Source of the DNA: the human T2T-CHM13v2.0 reference genome, Homo sapiens
Direction: 5' to 3' (one strand)
NCBI RefSeq assembly: GCF_009914755.1
Contig: NC_060934.1
DNA length: 64,000 nucleotides
The position numbers and the translations under genes were made by a program. Below the pieces are notes generated by a model. It did not search any database. It was not told where the DNA came from and saw only the letters and a list, made by a program, of their open reading frames with translations. Below, piece by piece: positions 25,337 to 40,159 of this stretch; positions within the stretch are counted from its first letter, which is position 1; each line of letters opens with the position of its first letter.

Positions 25337-26685
25337 TATCAACTGTCTTCCTGAATATTTTCTCCCAAGAATACTATGGGTAGAGGTCAAAAACAGCCAC
25401 CTGAATGTCTAGGTGCATCATCCCAAGGGGCTCTAATAAAAGGTGCAGTTTTTTATGTTTATAGTTTACCTTAAAACTACATGTAAATTTTGTGCTTTGC
25501 TCTAATAATATAGTCATGGCTGTACTAATATAAAAACCAATCTTTGCCTAAATCTTTAAAAAATATATGCTGTATTTAGCAAGTTACCTCATACTTCTTG
25601 GCTTACCACCTTGTATCTGGGGGGAGGTCAAGTACCCAATGTGAAAGTCGCAGGTTCTAGTTAAAGCCTCAAATTATACACAGACTGGGGCCATCAAATC
25701 AAAGTGTTTTACTTAAGATCACAAGGCACACACCAGCAAGGCTGAGACTAGGCTATGAGAGCAACTTCCCAGTGAAATAAAAATATTCCACTTTGCTATT
25801 TTCTCCTCTTCCTGGCCATCCCCACATGCACACAGCCACTAAAATAAAGGCCTCTGATGTCTCATCAGGCTCTACCAATTTCCATTTATGAAAAGGTTCT
25901 TTGGTAGCCCCCTGACCATAACTGGCTAATTCAGCCTAGCTATGCCCACAAAACATAAAATCTCCAACAAGTCCCAAATCTCATTAGACTTTCTATGAAG
26001 CTTTTTGTTTGTACAAAAATAAATAAATAAATAAACTGTTCCTAAGCAATTTAGGAATCATTTTGCCTGTATTATTTATAAACGTTTAGTGTACTAATTG
26101 AAGATTTGTTTTATTTGTTAAAACCAGAACTTTGGTTTCACAACATTTAGTTAACCAATGACTTTGAATACTTTACGTGTTTGAAAACAGCACTGCCTAT
26201 TGTTGAAAATATTCCATAATACCCATTACTCCTGATTTTAGCTGGTGTTCCTTTACTTTTTCCAAAGCAACTTCATATTTGAAATTATATTAACCTATTT
26301 TATATAAATAATTCATTGAATAATAACCGATGGTTAAAATATCTGCAATGAAATTATGTTCAATTATTATTCAAACTATTCGGTACTACAAATACATGTA
26401 ACGTCACTAAATCAAATGCATAAATCATGTTTTAGGAAATACACCTGCAGCAGACAAGACATTTGAGCAGGAAATCAATTTTAACTGATGTTTCTCTTTG
26501 GGAGAAACAAAGTACACAAATGTTTAGATTGCTGGTATAGAAATTTATTTTCTTTTATGCTTTACTGAATAAAGCTGAACTTTGTTTTATTTGTTAAAAC
26601 TAGAACTTTGGTTTTGAATAAAGCATAAACCCTGAAGCATTACTCTATTCCCCAGAGGAATTTAAGTCAATAGAATGTTCATGTC

Positions 26686-26853
26686 AGCTGGGCGTGGTAG
26701 CACACACCTGTAGTCTGTAGTCCTAGCTCTGTGGAAGGCTGGAACAGGAGGATGGCTTGAACCCAGGAGTTGGAAGCTGCAGTGAGCTGTGATCGTGCCA
26801 CTGCACTCCTGCCTAGGTAATGGAACAAGACCCTGCCTCTTAAGAAAAAAAAA
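26686..26853 (+). mobile_element. Free right Alu monomer (FRAM) or 5'-truncated AluJ
   Basis: Right-arm monomer; 15-bp TSD tagaatgttcatgtc at 26671-26685 and 26869-26883. Confidence 0.88.
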
Positions 26854-27582
26854 TTAATATCTAACAATTAGAATGTTCATGTCTAGATACTTTAAAAATC
26901 TTTTTTGGAATTACTCCCTTTGAAAGAAATTGGGCAATTAAGTGCTTGAACCAAAATGTCTACAAGGATAGAGGAATCTGAGAACAATTTCTTTACTGTA
27001 TCAAGTATCTTGAGTCTCCAGGAAAAATTCCAGACACTTTAGGCTCAAATAAATTCCACTCTGTCACAAAAGTCACCAGCATACCCAAATAAAAATCCCT
27101 GGTAATGGTCACAGCCTGGGTCTGGGGTAGCAGTGGAGAGGTAGAAACCAAAGTCATAGCGGAGAGAGGGTAATGTCAGGAATAAAACGGCTCCAAGAGG
27201 GGCTATGCACTCTGCCCTGGCCTTGTCCTGGAATAGGATGCCAAGAAGCGTGTAGTTTGCCCGAGCATCTCCAAGACCTGGTCAGAGGTATTGAGAATTT
27301 TCCAAACAAAAGACAAAACTTTGAAGAAACAAATATAAAGAACAAGGCACATTTCCATTTCAAAACCATTCCAAAGCAACTCAAAACACATTTAAAAGAG
27401 AAAGGACTTCTAGTCTAGGAGACCACAGACCTAAAATCAAGTCATTAACTAATCCCCTCTCATCTTCCACTTTTCTCTGACTTAACTGGGAGGAATTTAA
27501 TACTTTTCCTTACTTGCAGTGCTGTTGTGGGACTTGAACATGATAACTTACATGGAAACTTTTAAAAGCTGAATTTTTTTTA

Positions 27583-28405
27583 AAAGAAGACACACATGCA
27601 GCCAATAAGCATATGGAAAAATGCTCAGCATTGCCAATCATTAGAGAAATGCAAATCAAAGCCACAATAATACCATCTCACACTAGTCAGAATGGCTATT
27701 ATTAAAAAGCCAAAAGTAACAGATACTGGCAAGATTGTGGAGAAAAGGGAACACTTACACACCGCTGGTGGGAATGTAAATTAGTTCAACTATTGTGGAA
27801 AGCAGTTTGGTGATTTCTCGAAGAACGTAAAACAGAATTACCATTAGACCTAGTAATCCCATTATTGGGTATTTACCCAAAGGAATATAAATTGTTCTAT
27901 CATAAAGAATGTGCACATGTATGTTCATCATAGCACTATTCACAATGGCAAAGATGTGGAACCAACCTAAATGTCCATCAATGATAGACGGGATAAGGAA
28001 AATGTGGTGTATATATATGCCATGGAACATTATGCAATCATTAAAAAAAAAAAAAAAAAAGAATGAGATCATGTCCTTTGCAGCAACATGGATGGAGCTG
28101 GAGGTCATTATCGTAAGTGAAGTAATGCAGGAGCAGAAAACCAAATAGTGCATGCTCTCACTTATAAGTGGAAGCTAAACACTGAGTACACACGGACAGA
28201 AAGAAGGGAACAACAGACACCAGGGCCTACTTGAGGGTGGAGGGTGGGAGGAAGGTCAGGCTTGAAAAACTACCTGTCGAGTACTATACTTATTACCTGG
28301 TTGATGAAATGGTCTGTACGCCAAATCCCCATGACACGCAATTTACCTATATAACAAACCTGCACATGTACTCTGAACCTAAAGTAAAAGTTAAAAAAAA
28401 AAAAA
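27583..28405 (+). mobile_element. 5'-truncated L1PA15/16-like element
   Basis: ORF2 C-terminus (WNQPKCPS, MSFAATWMELE) plus 3'UTR and A-tail; TSD aaaagctgaa/aaaaactgaa. Confidence 0.9.
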
Positions 28406-31400
28406 CTGAAATGTTGCACAAATAAATTATTACTGTACTCAAAAGATGGCAAACTTATAAATGATTAATTTGTAATGTCAAAAGTTTTCTGTCTATGTAA
28501 TTAGAAAAACAAAATAGAATCTAGCTATATCCATTTAGAGAGTCTTAATCAAAGCCATGGTTTCTTTATGGGTTTAAAAAATAATAAACATCATCATGAC
28601 TTAGATTTGAGTCCATTTCTTCTAAACATAGTATACAAGTGCACAGTCTTTCACCTAACTGTACAAGGTCGCGAGGTAGCAGTGATACCTCTGGGTTCTA
28701 CTGGTGACTAGGTTCTACTGAGACGTGAACTGCATACCAGCAGAGCTGTCTTCCTCAGGATCCATGAAGACCAGCCCAGCAAGCGCCATGCAAAGGACAA
28801 CACTACCAGAAAGTGTACCTTCATAACATCACCAGGGCACAGTCCAAGTGTTATTTCAGAAACAAGAGAAAGAAAAGTCAACAGACAAAAGGTAAATAAT
28901 TGAAAAACGAACATGACAACAAAGTATGGGAGTGAAATGGTATGATGTCTGGGATTTGTCTTAAAATACTGCCCCTCTTTCCCCAGAACTAAGTAGGGGA
29001 AAGGGAGAGAGAGAACAAGAATCCAGAAAGTTGATTGTTAATGCTGGGAGATACGGATATGGAGTTCATTCTACTATTCACTTTACATTCTGTGTTTTTT
29101 TAAACTGCCATAATAAATTATCTTTAACTTGAAATTTAATCTGGTATGAACCCAATTTGGTTAAAAAATAATACAAACATAAAGCATCCAGAAAGTTTTT
29201 TTTTTTTAATGAACCAAAAAATTTATGTTGGGTGGTGGGATGAAATTAAAGAATAAGTCAACTGACTTCACAAAACTGCTGAGCAGAGGAGCCACTATTT
29301 ACAGCAAGCAGCTCTTCCCACCAAGTCTCACACATACACCAACATTTACTGGGGCCACCATCTTATTAATAATCTACCCATGCATACAGCATTCCTTGAA
29401 CAAAGTGGGACCTAACCCTGAAAGGGCACCCAAATATTACCCACGTTACACTCTCTATGGGAGGGCTTTATCCACTAGCCCTTTCCTCAAAGAAAGAAAA
29501 ATACGTCCAATTTCTCAGACTAAAGAAACCAGGTCAAGTCAACAGGAGAAGAGAAAGGAAAGGCAAAAAGATCCAACCCTGACGCACAAGAATGACTCAC
29601 ATTAGACCGATGATAAAAACCAAAGAAGCACAAATCACTGCCTGTCACTTAACGGGAAGATACCTGCTAAAGCTTTACTCTGTATTTTCTCAACCTCTCC
29701 TTATTTCCTTACTAGATCCAAAGGCATACAAGACAAGCAGGAAATATATAAGGAACTCCATTATGGCAGATAAGGAGGCACGTCAGGCAATGACACACCA
29801 TTCCTAGTAACTCCATTTCATAAAGGCACTGATCTGTCACCCACTGATCCCCAGGGCTGATTAAAGGCAATGAGTTCTGAGACCAATTACTAGAGGTATC
29901 TACAGAGACTGTGGACCATTTCTGAAACCTGTCCCACAAAAAGACAAAAGATTTTCTTGGCAAAATATTTCTATATTATTAATAGTAAAAACAACCAAGA
30001 TTCAGGTGATAGCAGCTTTGGCTGATCAGGACAACTTAAAAGATTTTGCAGATGAGCTGGCAAAGGTCCAAGCCCCAACCAAGGGGATTCTTCGATCGTG
30101 CAAGTCCTAGGGACACTGTGCTCAGTTTATCTTCCTAGGACAAGGTACTCATTACCCAAATGTTCAGACTCCTGACCTTTGCCAAGTGAGTCATATATCC
30201 TATCTCTATATAGATACCACAAAAGGAGTGGAAAAAACTGCCATACAAGCCAATTCCCTAGGCTGAAGGCAGAAATTACTTAAATCCCATTCTGACATCT
30301 TTCTGCTTTGAGTTTTAAGAGAAGTTTTCTTTAAAACAACTAGTCTGTTCCTATCTTACAGATAATGTGACTCTTGTGATGTTTTCCTTTGGCCACCAGG
30401 AATCCCTGAGCCAAATGTTACAGGCCAAATCTAGCAACTGGATTGAACTTAAAGATTCAGTGATGATATCTGAAGAGTCTTAGCGTTTGTGTCGTGTTTC
30501 CTAAAACAAAGACTCCATCATAAGCCATGTGAATTCCTACTTCAGGACGGACAAGAGTCAGAAGTGGTAATACAGGGAATGGCATAAGTGATTTTCCCTT
30601 GACACTACAGATGCGTTCTGAACCATATTTTATGACACCTGACAAAGCAGAATTTGTCAAGCCTTGTTTAAGAGTCCCAGTTGGAGCACCCAGTTGGAAA
30701 CCCCATTTGCCATTCAATTACCCATAACTGTCAATAGTGTTGATTTTACAATGTGTGGTTTTGAAATAGATCTGCACAAATTCTGGTGCCAGGCACCAAG
30801 AAATGGAAATCAAAATAAATCTGAGGTTATATGAAATAAATATGCAATAGCAAAAACAAGTTTTTTAAATAACTGCCTTTGCCTTTTGTTTTAATTCATC
30901 TAACTTAATTTCAGGGGCAGAAAAACAAGTCAAGTTTACAATGACTTTCAGGCTGTTAGACCCTAATACTCTAAGTTGTTTTTTTCCAGGATTTTGCTTT
31001 TCATTCAACAACAAATTGTTTAGCAACTAATAACTGGTCTGAATTCTTTCTGCCTATCTAAAAAGTAAAAATATGGAAGTTGATGACTATGATTAAGCTT
31101 TTTAAAGTAATGAACCAGATTAACAAATCACTATACCATCACGAACTAATCATCATATACAGAATAATTTCATAATCTGCCCACTCCTTTTTGCTTTTAC
31201 ATAACAGGAAGAGCTTGGCAGGAGATCTCTGGCAATACTTTGCGTGAGCTCACATCTAACAAGCTTGTCCCTTTAACAAGAGCAACATCAAGCCCCTGAG
31301 GGTGATAAATCAATTTCCTGCCCTCTCTGATCATACTGATTTTGTGTGTGTGTGATTAGACACCTCCCCAAGAAAAAAAACACCTTCATGGTCGCTGTTA

Positions 31401-31529
31401 TGATTAGTATATTGAATGTTTACAATTCTAGGTGCAACTCATAGTAAAAATCAAATCACACGAGTTGTTGGGATCCCTGTAATAAATAGCTCCTTCAAGC
31501 TATTAAGGAGCAGGTGTAGCATTTGACTA

Positions 31530-32235
31530 CAGTTAAAGTGCTCTTAAACAATTCTACTTGACTCTCACACTGGATTAGTTACCCCTCACTCAGACATACT
31601 GATGCATGTGGATGATTAAGCAACTGCCCGCTGTCATTAGTATTAGCCAACCTAAGCTTGGCAACTCTGCTCCCATTAGTCAATATGCAATGCTTACCAA
31701 GACTCACTGTATTTGTCTCCAAACCTGCTTGTTTCCATTATTACATAATTTAAATAAATATTGAGTAATCAATGAAACTGGAGTCTGGAAAGAAAGTGAG
31801 CTGTTATTTCCACAAAACTAAATTGAATGCTTTAGAAAGACTTGATAAAGGTAAACAGTCTTACCAAAAGATTGCTGCAAAATTAGAGGTGGTTGAGACA
31901 ACTTTAATATTCTTACGAGGAAAATGTAACTTAAAATGTGGAAGGATTCAGTATTGGGCTGCTTTGAAGTTTTGATGTTCCGGCATCACTTTAAAGAAAT
32001 AAAGACTGGACATCGATGAAGGATTATGGGTGGGGCTTGTGCAGGAAAGACAAGAAATGGCACAAATCAGAGGACCCATATTCAAAAGAAAATTCCTTGA
32101 CACTACATAAAACATTGAGAAATCCTAAACATTTCTGTTTCTAAAGTTAATAAAATGTTTATGGTGGGTATGTATACTGCTGAAAAAGTTATTTCCACCC
32201 TTAACCGATTCATCATTCATCTGAGGATCCCAATT
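31530..32235 (+). mobile_element. Ancient Tigger (Tigger13a-like) DNA transposon relic with a degraded transposase N-terminus
   Basis: ORF 31772-31975 KTKLNALERLDKG..KIAAKLEVVETT resembles the pogo/CENP-B psq-type HTH; downstream frameshifted QER..QIRGPIFK resembles the Tc5 HTH. Confidence 0.7.
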
Positions 32236-35134
32236 CTACTGAAAGAGGAACTAAACCAAGGTCTGGACCCTCCAGTGCATTTCCTCCCTTTCCATGATGA
32301 AAAACGTTAACAAAACCAGAAGGGGAAAAGTTAGCCTTTGGTGAAATCTTGCCCTCCTTTTAGTGGCTGTCTCCTCAGGAGTCTTTGCTTCTCTGAGCCC
32401 TCAGGGTGGGGCTCCCAGTCCCACCCCTCTAGAGGTCCAAGCTTAAAGACTACCTCTTCTCCTCTCTTTACTTCCCACGTGCAGCCCCCATTATCTTAAG
32501 TCCAGGTATTCTCAGCTAGGAGTTGAGCAAAGCAAGGCAAAAGTCAACCCACACAGTAAGGTACATTTCTCTTCCCTAGGATGTTTTGCATTTCAGAAGG
32601 TCTATGTTCCACAACTGTAAATGCCTCCAGTTCAAGAGTATACAAAAGAGAAGTGAAAAAATTCAGGACCGTGGAAGGGGGGATATTTTGGAACTAGAGA
32701 GAGGAAGGAACATGTTAATCTTAAGACAAATTAGTTACAAATAGAAAGAATTAGACTAACTCCATCTGTTTTTGTTTGTTTGTTTGAGGAAGTGTTGACC
32801 TTTCCAAGCCAGTTTCCCTGTCTATAAAAATATGGATACCATCACCTGACTCACAGGATTAAATGAGATAATGAGCTGCAGAGTACCTAGTAGAGTCTAG
32901 GCACACAGCAGGTGCTCACCAATCATGGCTGCTTTTAGCAGTCTGTCTTCTCACATCCATCCCCACCCCACCCACAAGTGGCATTATTTTTCACATCTTC
33001 CTTCCCCCAATTTCTATACCCAAAGATTCTTTTAAAAGTAGCTAGGTCCCCTCCCCTCAATGCATCCCAACAGCGGCAGCCTCCAGTGTTCTGTTAAAAA
33101 GAAAGCTGTGTGGTGAACCGGCGGTGTTACTTGAAGATAAGCACTCCACCCTTCTGCACACTCTCAGGAGCTCAAGTACGGGACACTCAAAATGTGAATA
33201 TCCGTTGGTTGATTTGTACTATCAAATTTACTCAAAATTAATGTGCAGTAAGATCAAAAGCAAAAAAAAAATGCTTCTTCTCTTTGCATGAGTACTCCCA
33301 ACCCATTCTCTTCAAATGAATCATCATCTAAGATCTCTGATGTAGTTGCTAGATTTAGAGAACTTGTACATTCTTTGCAAATGGCAGATAACTGCCCTTG
33401 AGGAGATGGTTAGCAGCACTCTTAGACAGAGGACTCACTCAGTGTAGGGCACTCTGCAGGACCAGGTAGGATAGATACGTGGTCTCTGTGGGTGTCTAAG
33501 TTGTCACTCCCCAGTTCAAGGATCTAGAACCTCAAATCATACACATGCACAATAAAGCAAGATGAAGATGTTAAAGAGGACAGAAGAAACCAAGTATGGT
33601 TAGCTGGTCTTAGAAAGGAGACAGGCATGACACCAAAGCAGAGGAGAAGGCGTGCAAGGCAGATAAAGTCAGTTTGCTTTAGCAACATCCTGGCTACACA
33701 CACAACTGATCACAGCTCACTCTCTCGCCGAGAGAGAAAATGCCTATGTTTAAAAGTTCTGAAGAACAAAGTGTCTGGGTTTATTTAGATGTCCACATCT
33801 CTTTGCCTCTGTGCATCTGAGTTATCTCTTCTGGATAAGCATCAGTTGCTATATATTGCTTTGGTTTTTCCTTTAGAAGACAAACACAAGTTGAGGAAGC
33901 TGCCTTTCCCGTTTGCCAATGATGATAAAATGCAACAGCTGTTACTTAAGCAACCATTTAGGTTTCAGAGGTATTGAAGATAAATCTGTTATTTCTTCTA
34001 AAGAAAAGCTTTTTCCTCTTGAGGTGTTAATTACTGATTTTAAATAAGTCACTAAAATCAAGTAAGTTATGTGACCTACGAAGGGCTGATGGTGACAGAA
34101 TCTGCCTGAAATAGGTAGAGTGGCACCTAAGAACTCTGCCTCTAAGCCATTTCGCCGCTCTTCAGCATGTGACTTGGGAATGCCTTCTACTTATAGATAC
34201 ATTTCAAAAGGCTACACACAGAAAGTTTTCCGTCCCTGACTTTGTACTCTGGTGTGCTAAGATTTTAGTATATAGTTAATATCATTCTGCAAATTTTTTC
34301 TCTCAGTAATAAAGTGAGGCAGACAAGTTTGGTGGTTATTTTTCCACTCTCTCGGAGCTTCTTAAAAAGTAGAGGTCTTCAGAAAACAGTAATTATTCAC
34401 GTGCAATGACAAAAAATAAATAAGCACACCATATAAAAACAATCAGGCTCTAAACAGATGTATAAATGCAGGGAGTAGACATCTAAAATACTTTCAGGAA
34501 CTATCAGATGACTTCAAAATATGATCATATCATCAGATTTTGAAATATTAAATAATGAAATGAAATTATCCTAACCTTTAAAAAATATTAGCTTTTAATC
34601 CAAACTGGTTTATAAAGGCAATAAAATAATATTTTAAAAATTATTTTAATAGTACAGAGTTACTTAATCCAAAAGAATTGCAGAACGTTTGTAAGCAATT
34701 TGAAGCTAACAATACCGGTGTTGTAAGTTGGGATGTGATGTCATAAGTGAGAACTTTTCAGTGTTACTTCTCATGGGGGGAGGTTCTGGTAAGTTTTTGC
34801 TATATTTTGGTAGCAAGTCTTCTGAGAAATCAATGCATATTCAGTTCTCAATCAAACCAAGCCAAGAATAACAATTACTATCAAGCCACCACATGAAGAA
34901 ATTAACCAAACAAGCTTAACAGTTCTCTTGTAATATGGCAAGTATTACCAAAGAAGCCTTATAAACAGAGAAGCAGTTTGTCTCTATGGAATGGAAAAAA
35001 TATATATATTATTATTATTATTCAAGACAGTACCCTAATATAATAGACAGTTCTAGCTAGGAGTTGTATATAGGCCAAATTATTCAAAAGAGTAAGAAAA
35101 GAAATACTACTTATGGATATCAAATTCTTAAAAG

Positions 35135-35345
35135 TGACAGGTTATATGAAATGTCCAGGACCGGAAACACTTTAGAGACAGAAAGTAGATTAGTAGTTGC
35201 CTAGGGCTCGGTGTGGAAGTAGAGATTAAATGTAAAAAGATAAGAGAGGAATCTTATCTTTTAAGAACCGATGGAAATGTTCTAAAACTGGTTTATGGTG
35301 CTGGTTGTAGAACTCAGTAAATTTACTGAAAATCACTGAATTATA
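35135..35345 (+). mobile_element. L1ME/L1MB 3' fragment
   Basis: gagacagaaagtagattagtagttgcctaggg...gatggaaatgttctaaaactgg. Confidence 0.7.
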
Positions 35346-35538
35346 TAGAAAATATACCGCAGTAAGTTGGTTTTTTAAATGACAAGGTGATCATTTGGAC
35401 TTAGCATTTTAATTGGGACTGGGAGGTAACTAAGGAAGGATGTGCTCAAATTCCAAGTTTTGAGAATATTCATCCCTGTACCTTCTAATAATCTGAATTT
35501 CAAAACAGGAGATTATAGTACTTTCATACAATAAAAGG

Positions 35539-35592
35539 TATGCAACTATTGAAAATAATATAGAATATGCAACTATTGAAAATAATATAGAA
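35539..35592. repeat. Perfect 27-bp tandem duplication
   Basis: tatgcaactattgaaaataatatagaa x2. Confidence 0.9.
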
Positions 35593-35948
35593 AAAATATG
35601 ACAACAATGTAAATGTCCATCAATGAAAGTGGTGCACTGAAATTATAGTACACCCATCCTACAGAAGTGGTGCAGTCCATATAAGCAGTCAGTTTAAGAA
35701 TGTGTTAAATTATATACAATGACACATACAGAAATATTTCCAGGACATACTGAGTGAGAAAAAGTGCTTAGCAGAACAATGCACACAGGAGGATATATGA
35801 GAATGTGTATGAATTACCTATATATGTACAATGTGAATAACTGCATCTATATTTGGGAAGATATATACCAGATTGTTCATTATGCTTAGCTCTTGGAAGT
35901 AGAAAAGGGTCAGGGGGAGAGAACTTCCCATCAGAGTTCAAGGAAGGA

Positions 35949-36304
<356 letters not shown>

Positions 36305-36384
36305 TTAGATGGGTTTTACATGGTTGTTCATGTTCTTTTCATATATATTCAGTATAACTGTCTATACTTTCTAATGGAGAGGAA

Positions 36385-36860
<476 letters not shown>

Positions 36861-38933
36861 GCTCACTATCTTATTAGTAAGAAGAAAATATGAAAGCAGC
36901 TTTATTTTTGTGAGGAAAAAGGTAAGAAGTACAAAACCACAAGTGCTGACTGTTCCTTTACTACCTGTTCAATATCAGTATGTGACCAGAATGTATCAGG
37001 CAATAATGAAAGTCTGGACAGTTGTCAGATCCTGTCTTATGGCCAATACTGATGTAACCAATTTCCCAATAGACCACATCAAGGCCGGAGGGTTCCTGGG
37101 CAGGAAGCTCCCAAGTGCCTCCACTCAACCAGGCAACTGCAATGCCTCAAGATGATGATAATTAGTGTGTGTGACCAGACCAATGGCAGAGACACAAACT
37201 GTTTGAAATAAACACTTATGCCTAGTAATTGACCTCAATGGGACTTGTGGCCTCATCTTGAGACATACGACGTAAACCAGGGTCAATTATCTGACACTTG
37301 AGCCAGCCATGGGAAAAATCATTAATTGTCACATTCTAATAATACACAGCAAATTTCTGCCTTGCTGAAAAACAGCAAGTTCTAAACTAGCCCCAATTTC
37401 CATACCTTATACTGTAATTATTTTATTAACCTTTGGTAGTCCTGAAAATATTTTTCAGTGGCCACCCTCTTAATCTGAACAATACTAGAAACTCTTTCTT
37501 TAAAAATAACACATTTGTTGAGTGATTACTATGTGCCAAATTTACCTATTCTTTAAAAACTCTTTGATGGAGACATTTTAATCTCCACTTGTGCAAATTA
37601 AGAATACTGAGGCTCGGAGAGAGTTTGTTCCTTACTGGGATCCCTCAGTGAGTGGCAACACTGGGAACCAAACACAGAAGCATTCATTTTCAAAGCCTCT
37701 GCTTTTCCACCCACAGGAGAAATCCCTCTAGTTTGATTCTCAGGTGGTTCACACTCTATTCCAACTATAAAGTACTCCTTCAAAAGGTCTATATGCCACC
37801 AAAACTTTACACCAACCAACCAGAAATACCCCCCACCAAAAGCTCCTGAAATTTTCTTAAGGGATACATGTTTTACATTTGTCACAATCAACATTAGGCT
37901 TCTATTTTTCATTTGCCTTCTTCAATGCCAACTGGTTTTCAACAAAGCACCAAGGTCTCACCCACAGATCTGTCCTCACTGAGGCTAAAAAAATCCAAGA
38001 AACACCTACTTTCAAACACTCATTTTTCAAAGTAGATTCCCTTGTCGTATTCATTTATGCTCCTGCACAAAATGTCAAAGACAAATTCACAAATGAATTT
38101 CTGTCACCTTACTTAGTCACCTTGATTTTTTAAGATTAAGCTAAAGATGCAAAAGATGGACCAAAGTGGTACAAAACTGTTGTACCCAAGAAATTATTTG
38201 TGAGCTTTCTGTTGACATTTTAAACATCTTCATTTTGTTAAAAAAATCTCCATTTACCTTTCATTTCAATATTCTGCCTAAAAAATTACCAAACTACAAT
38301 AAATTTGTCTGGTCAAAAGCCTAATTAATGGCATCATCCATCAATTACTGCATCAGTCCGCATTGAAATGGATGCGTAATAAGCATCATGATCACTCAAA
38401 ACAACAATGACTATTTCTCTAATGTTCTGAGGTTCAATTATTTTTGCATTGAATGCCACTGAACAGTAACAGAAGTCAAAGCTTAGCATTAGCTTTTTCA
38501 AAAATTAATCTATCTTCCTATTGTTGGCTTTTATTTCAGTAAATTCAAATTAATGGAGTCAATTGCCTCCATAAAACTATGAAGAATAAACAAAACCATT
38601 AGACATCTCAGGTCAAATGGCAAGAAAAAGGGGCCACGATCCTACTGGAAATTAAGATTTATTGACATTTTCAGGGTATAACATTACATGCCAAGCCAAG
38701 AAAATACTGCACAGTATTGCCCTTCATAGGATATCATTAAAAGACTTTCCATATGTATGAATAAGTATATAGATTATTTGAATTGTGAGGAAATCTTTAA
38801 AAACCTTCTCTGGAGATGTTTAATTAAACAAAGAACTAGTCAACTATTTTTCTAGGATTTAGGTTGAGTCATAGTTTACATAGTATGTAACAAGCCATTT
38901 GTATACTCAATTTTTGTTAACCAGAACCATTTT

Positions 38934-39253
38934 TTTTTTTTAATTTCAATAGCTTTAGAGGTAGAAGTGGTTTTTGGTTAGATGGATGATTTGTATAGTG
39001 AAGTCTGGGATATTAGCGTACCTGTCACCAGAGCAGTGTACCCTGTACCCCATAGGTAGTTTTTTATCCATTACCTTCCTCCCTTCTGAGTCTCCAATGT
39101 CCATTATACCACTCTGTACGTCCCTGTGTACCTATAATTTAGCTCCCACTTATATGTGAGAACATGCAGTATTTGGCTTTCCGTTCCTGAGTTACTCCAC
39201 TTAGAATAATGGCCCCCAGTTCCACCCAAGTTGCTGCCAAAGACATTATGTTG
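38934..39253 (-). mobile_element. L1PB-like 3' end
   Basis: Antisense L1 3'UTR; 16-bp TSD taaccagaaccatttt at 38918-38933 and 39254-39269. Confidence 0.88.
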
Positions 39254-40159
39254 TAACCAGAACCATTTTAAATGTTCGAAGAAGTTTGTTCTTTGAATAA
39301 ATTTAGACAGAAATTCATTTTTGATCTATTATCTTAAAATCCGAAAAACATAGTTTTAATAACACTACTCACAAAAGAACAGACATGATTATTACTCACT
39401 GGCCAGTCTAGACAGAAAATTACGTAAATTCAAAGAAAGAAGAGTTTCAACTAACTAACAGTTGGCACAAGTACACGGTTCGCATGTTCAATGTTCCATA
39501 AAGTTTATGAGGTAAATAATATACTATTAGCTTAAACCCATCCCAGCTGTCAAGAGCCTGAGTAGAGGTTACGAAGATAAGAAATGAAAGTATTCTAGAC
39601 TCTAGGGGTACATTTGTCAGGCATGCATATATCTAATTGACTAATGTGTTCCAAAGTGAATCTTCATTCGAGTTCTCTATTTCTGCTCATCCTCTGCTCT
39701 TGCTCTTCTTTGTCTTCATTCATTCATTCAACACATGGTGTTTCAAAAGCCAGATGCTACCCTAGGTGCTCAGGATACAGAAGTGAGCATTATCTACAAC
39801 TCCTGGCTACCAGGAATGATCTCATCATGTGGCTAAATTCTGACGTTTCCAGACAAGGTTGTTCATAAGCTCACCTGCTCTTAAGAGGCTCAATACACTG
39901 ATGAAGGTTTAGGCAAATACAGAGGGGAAGGACACCAACATCTAGTATGTCTTAAGAATAATTTTGCTGTAAGATAGTACAGGGTCTCCACAGGTATGGG
40001 ACATGGTAGTGTCAGGTGGGATAACCTTTAGCCCCAAACTACAACTACTCAGGCCACAAAAACAGCAGAAAGTATGGCCAGATTTCCTCAACCCCTACCC
40101 TTCTTTTATTTCCTTTGTAAAAGAACATGTTTAATATTCCTTACACCAAAATAAAAATC

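Noticed and set aside
33020-33090. Minus-strand exon after the acceptor ctttctttttaacag
   Set aside because: Only a weak donor (TGG|gtatag) is available and there is no coding signal
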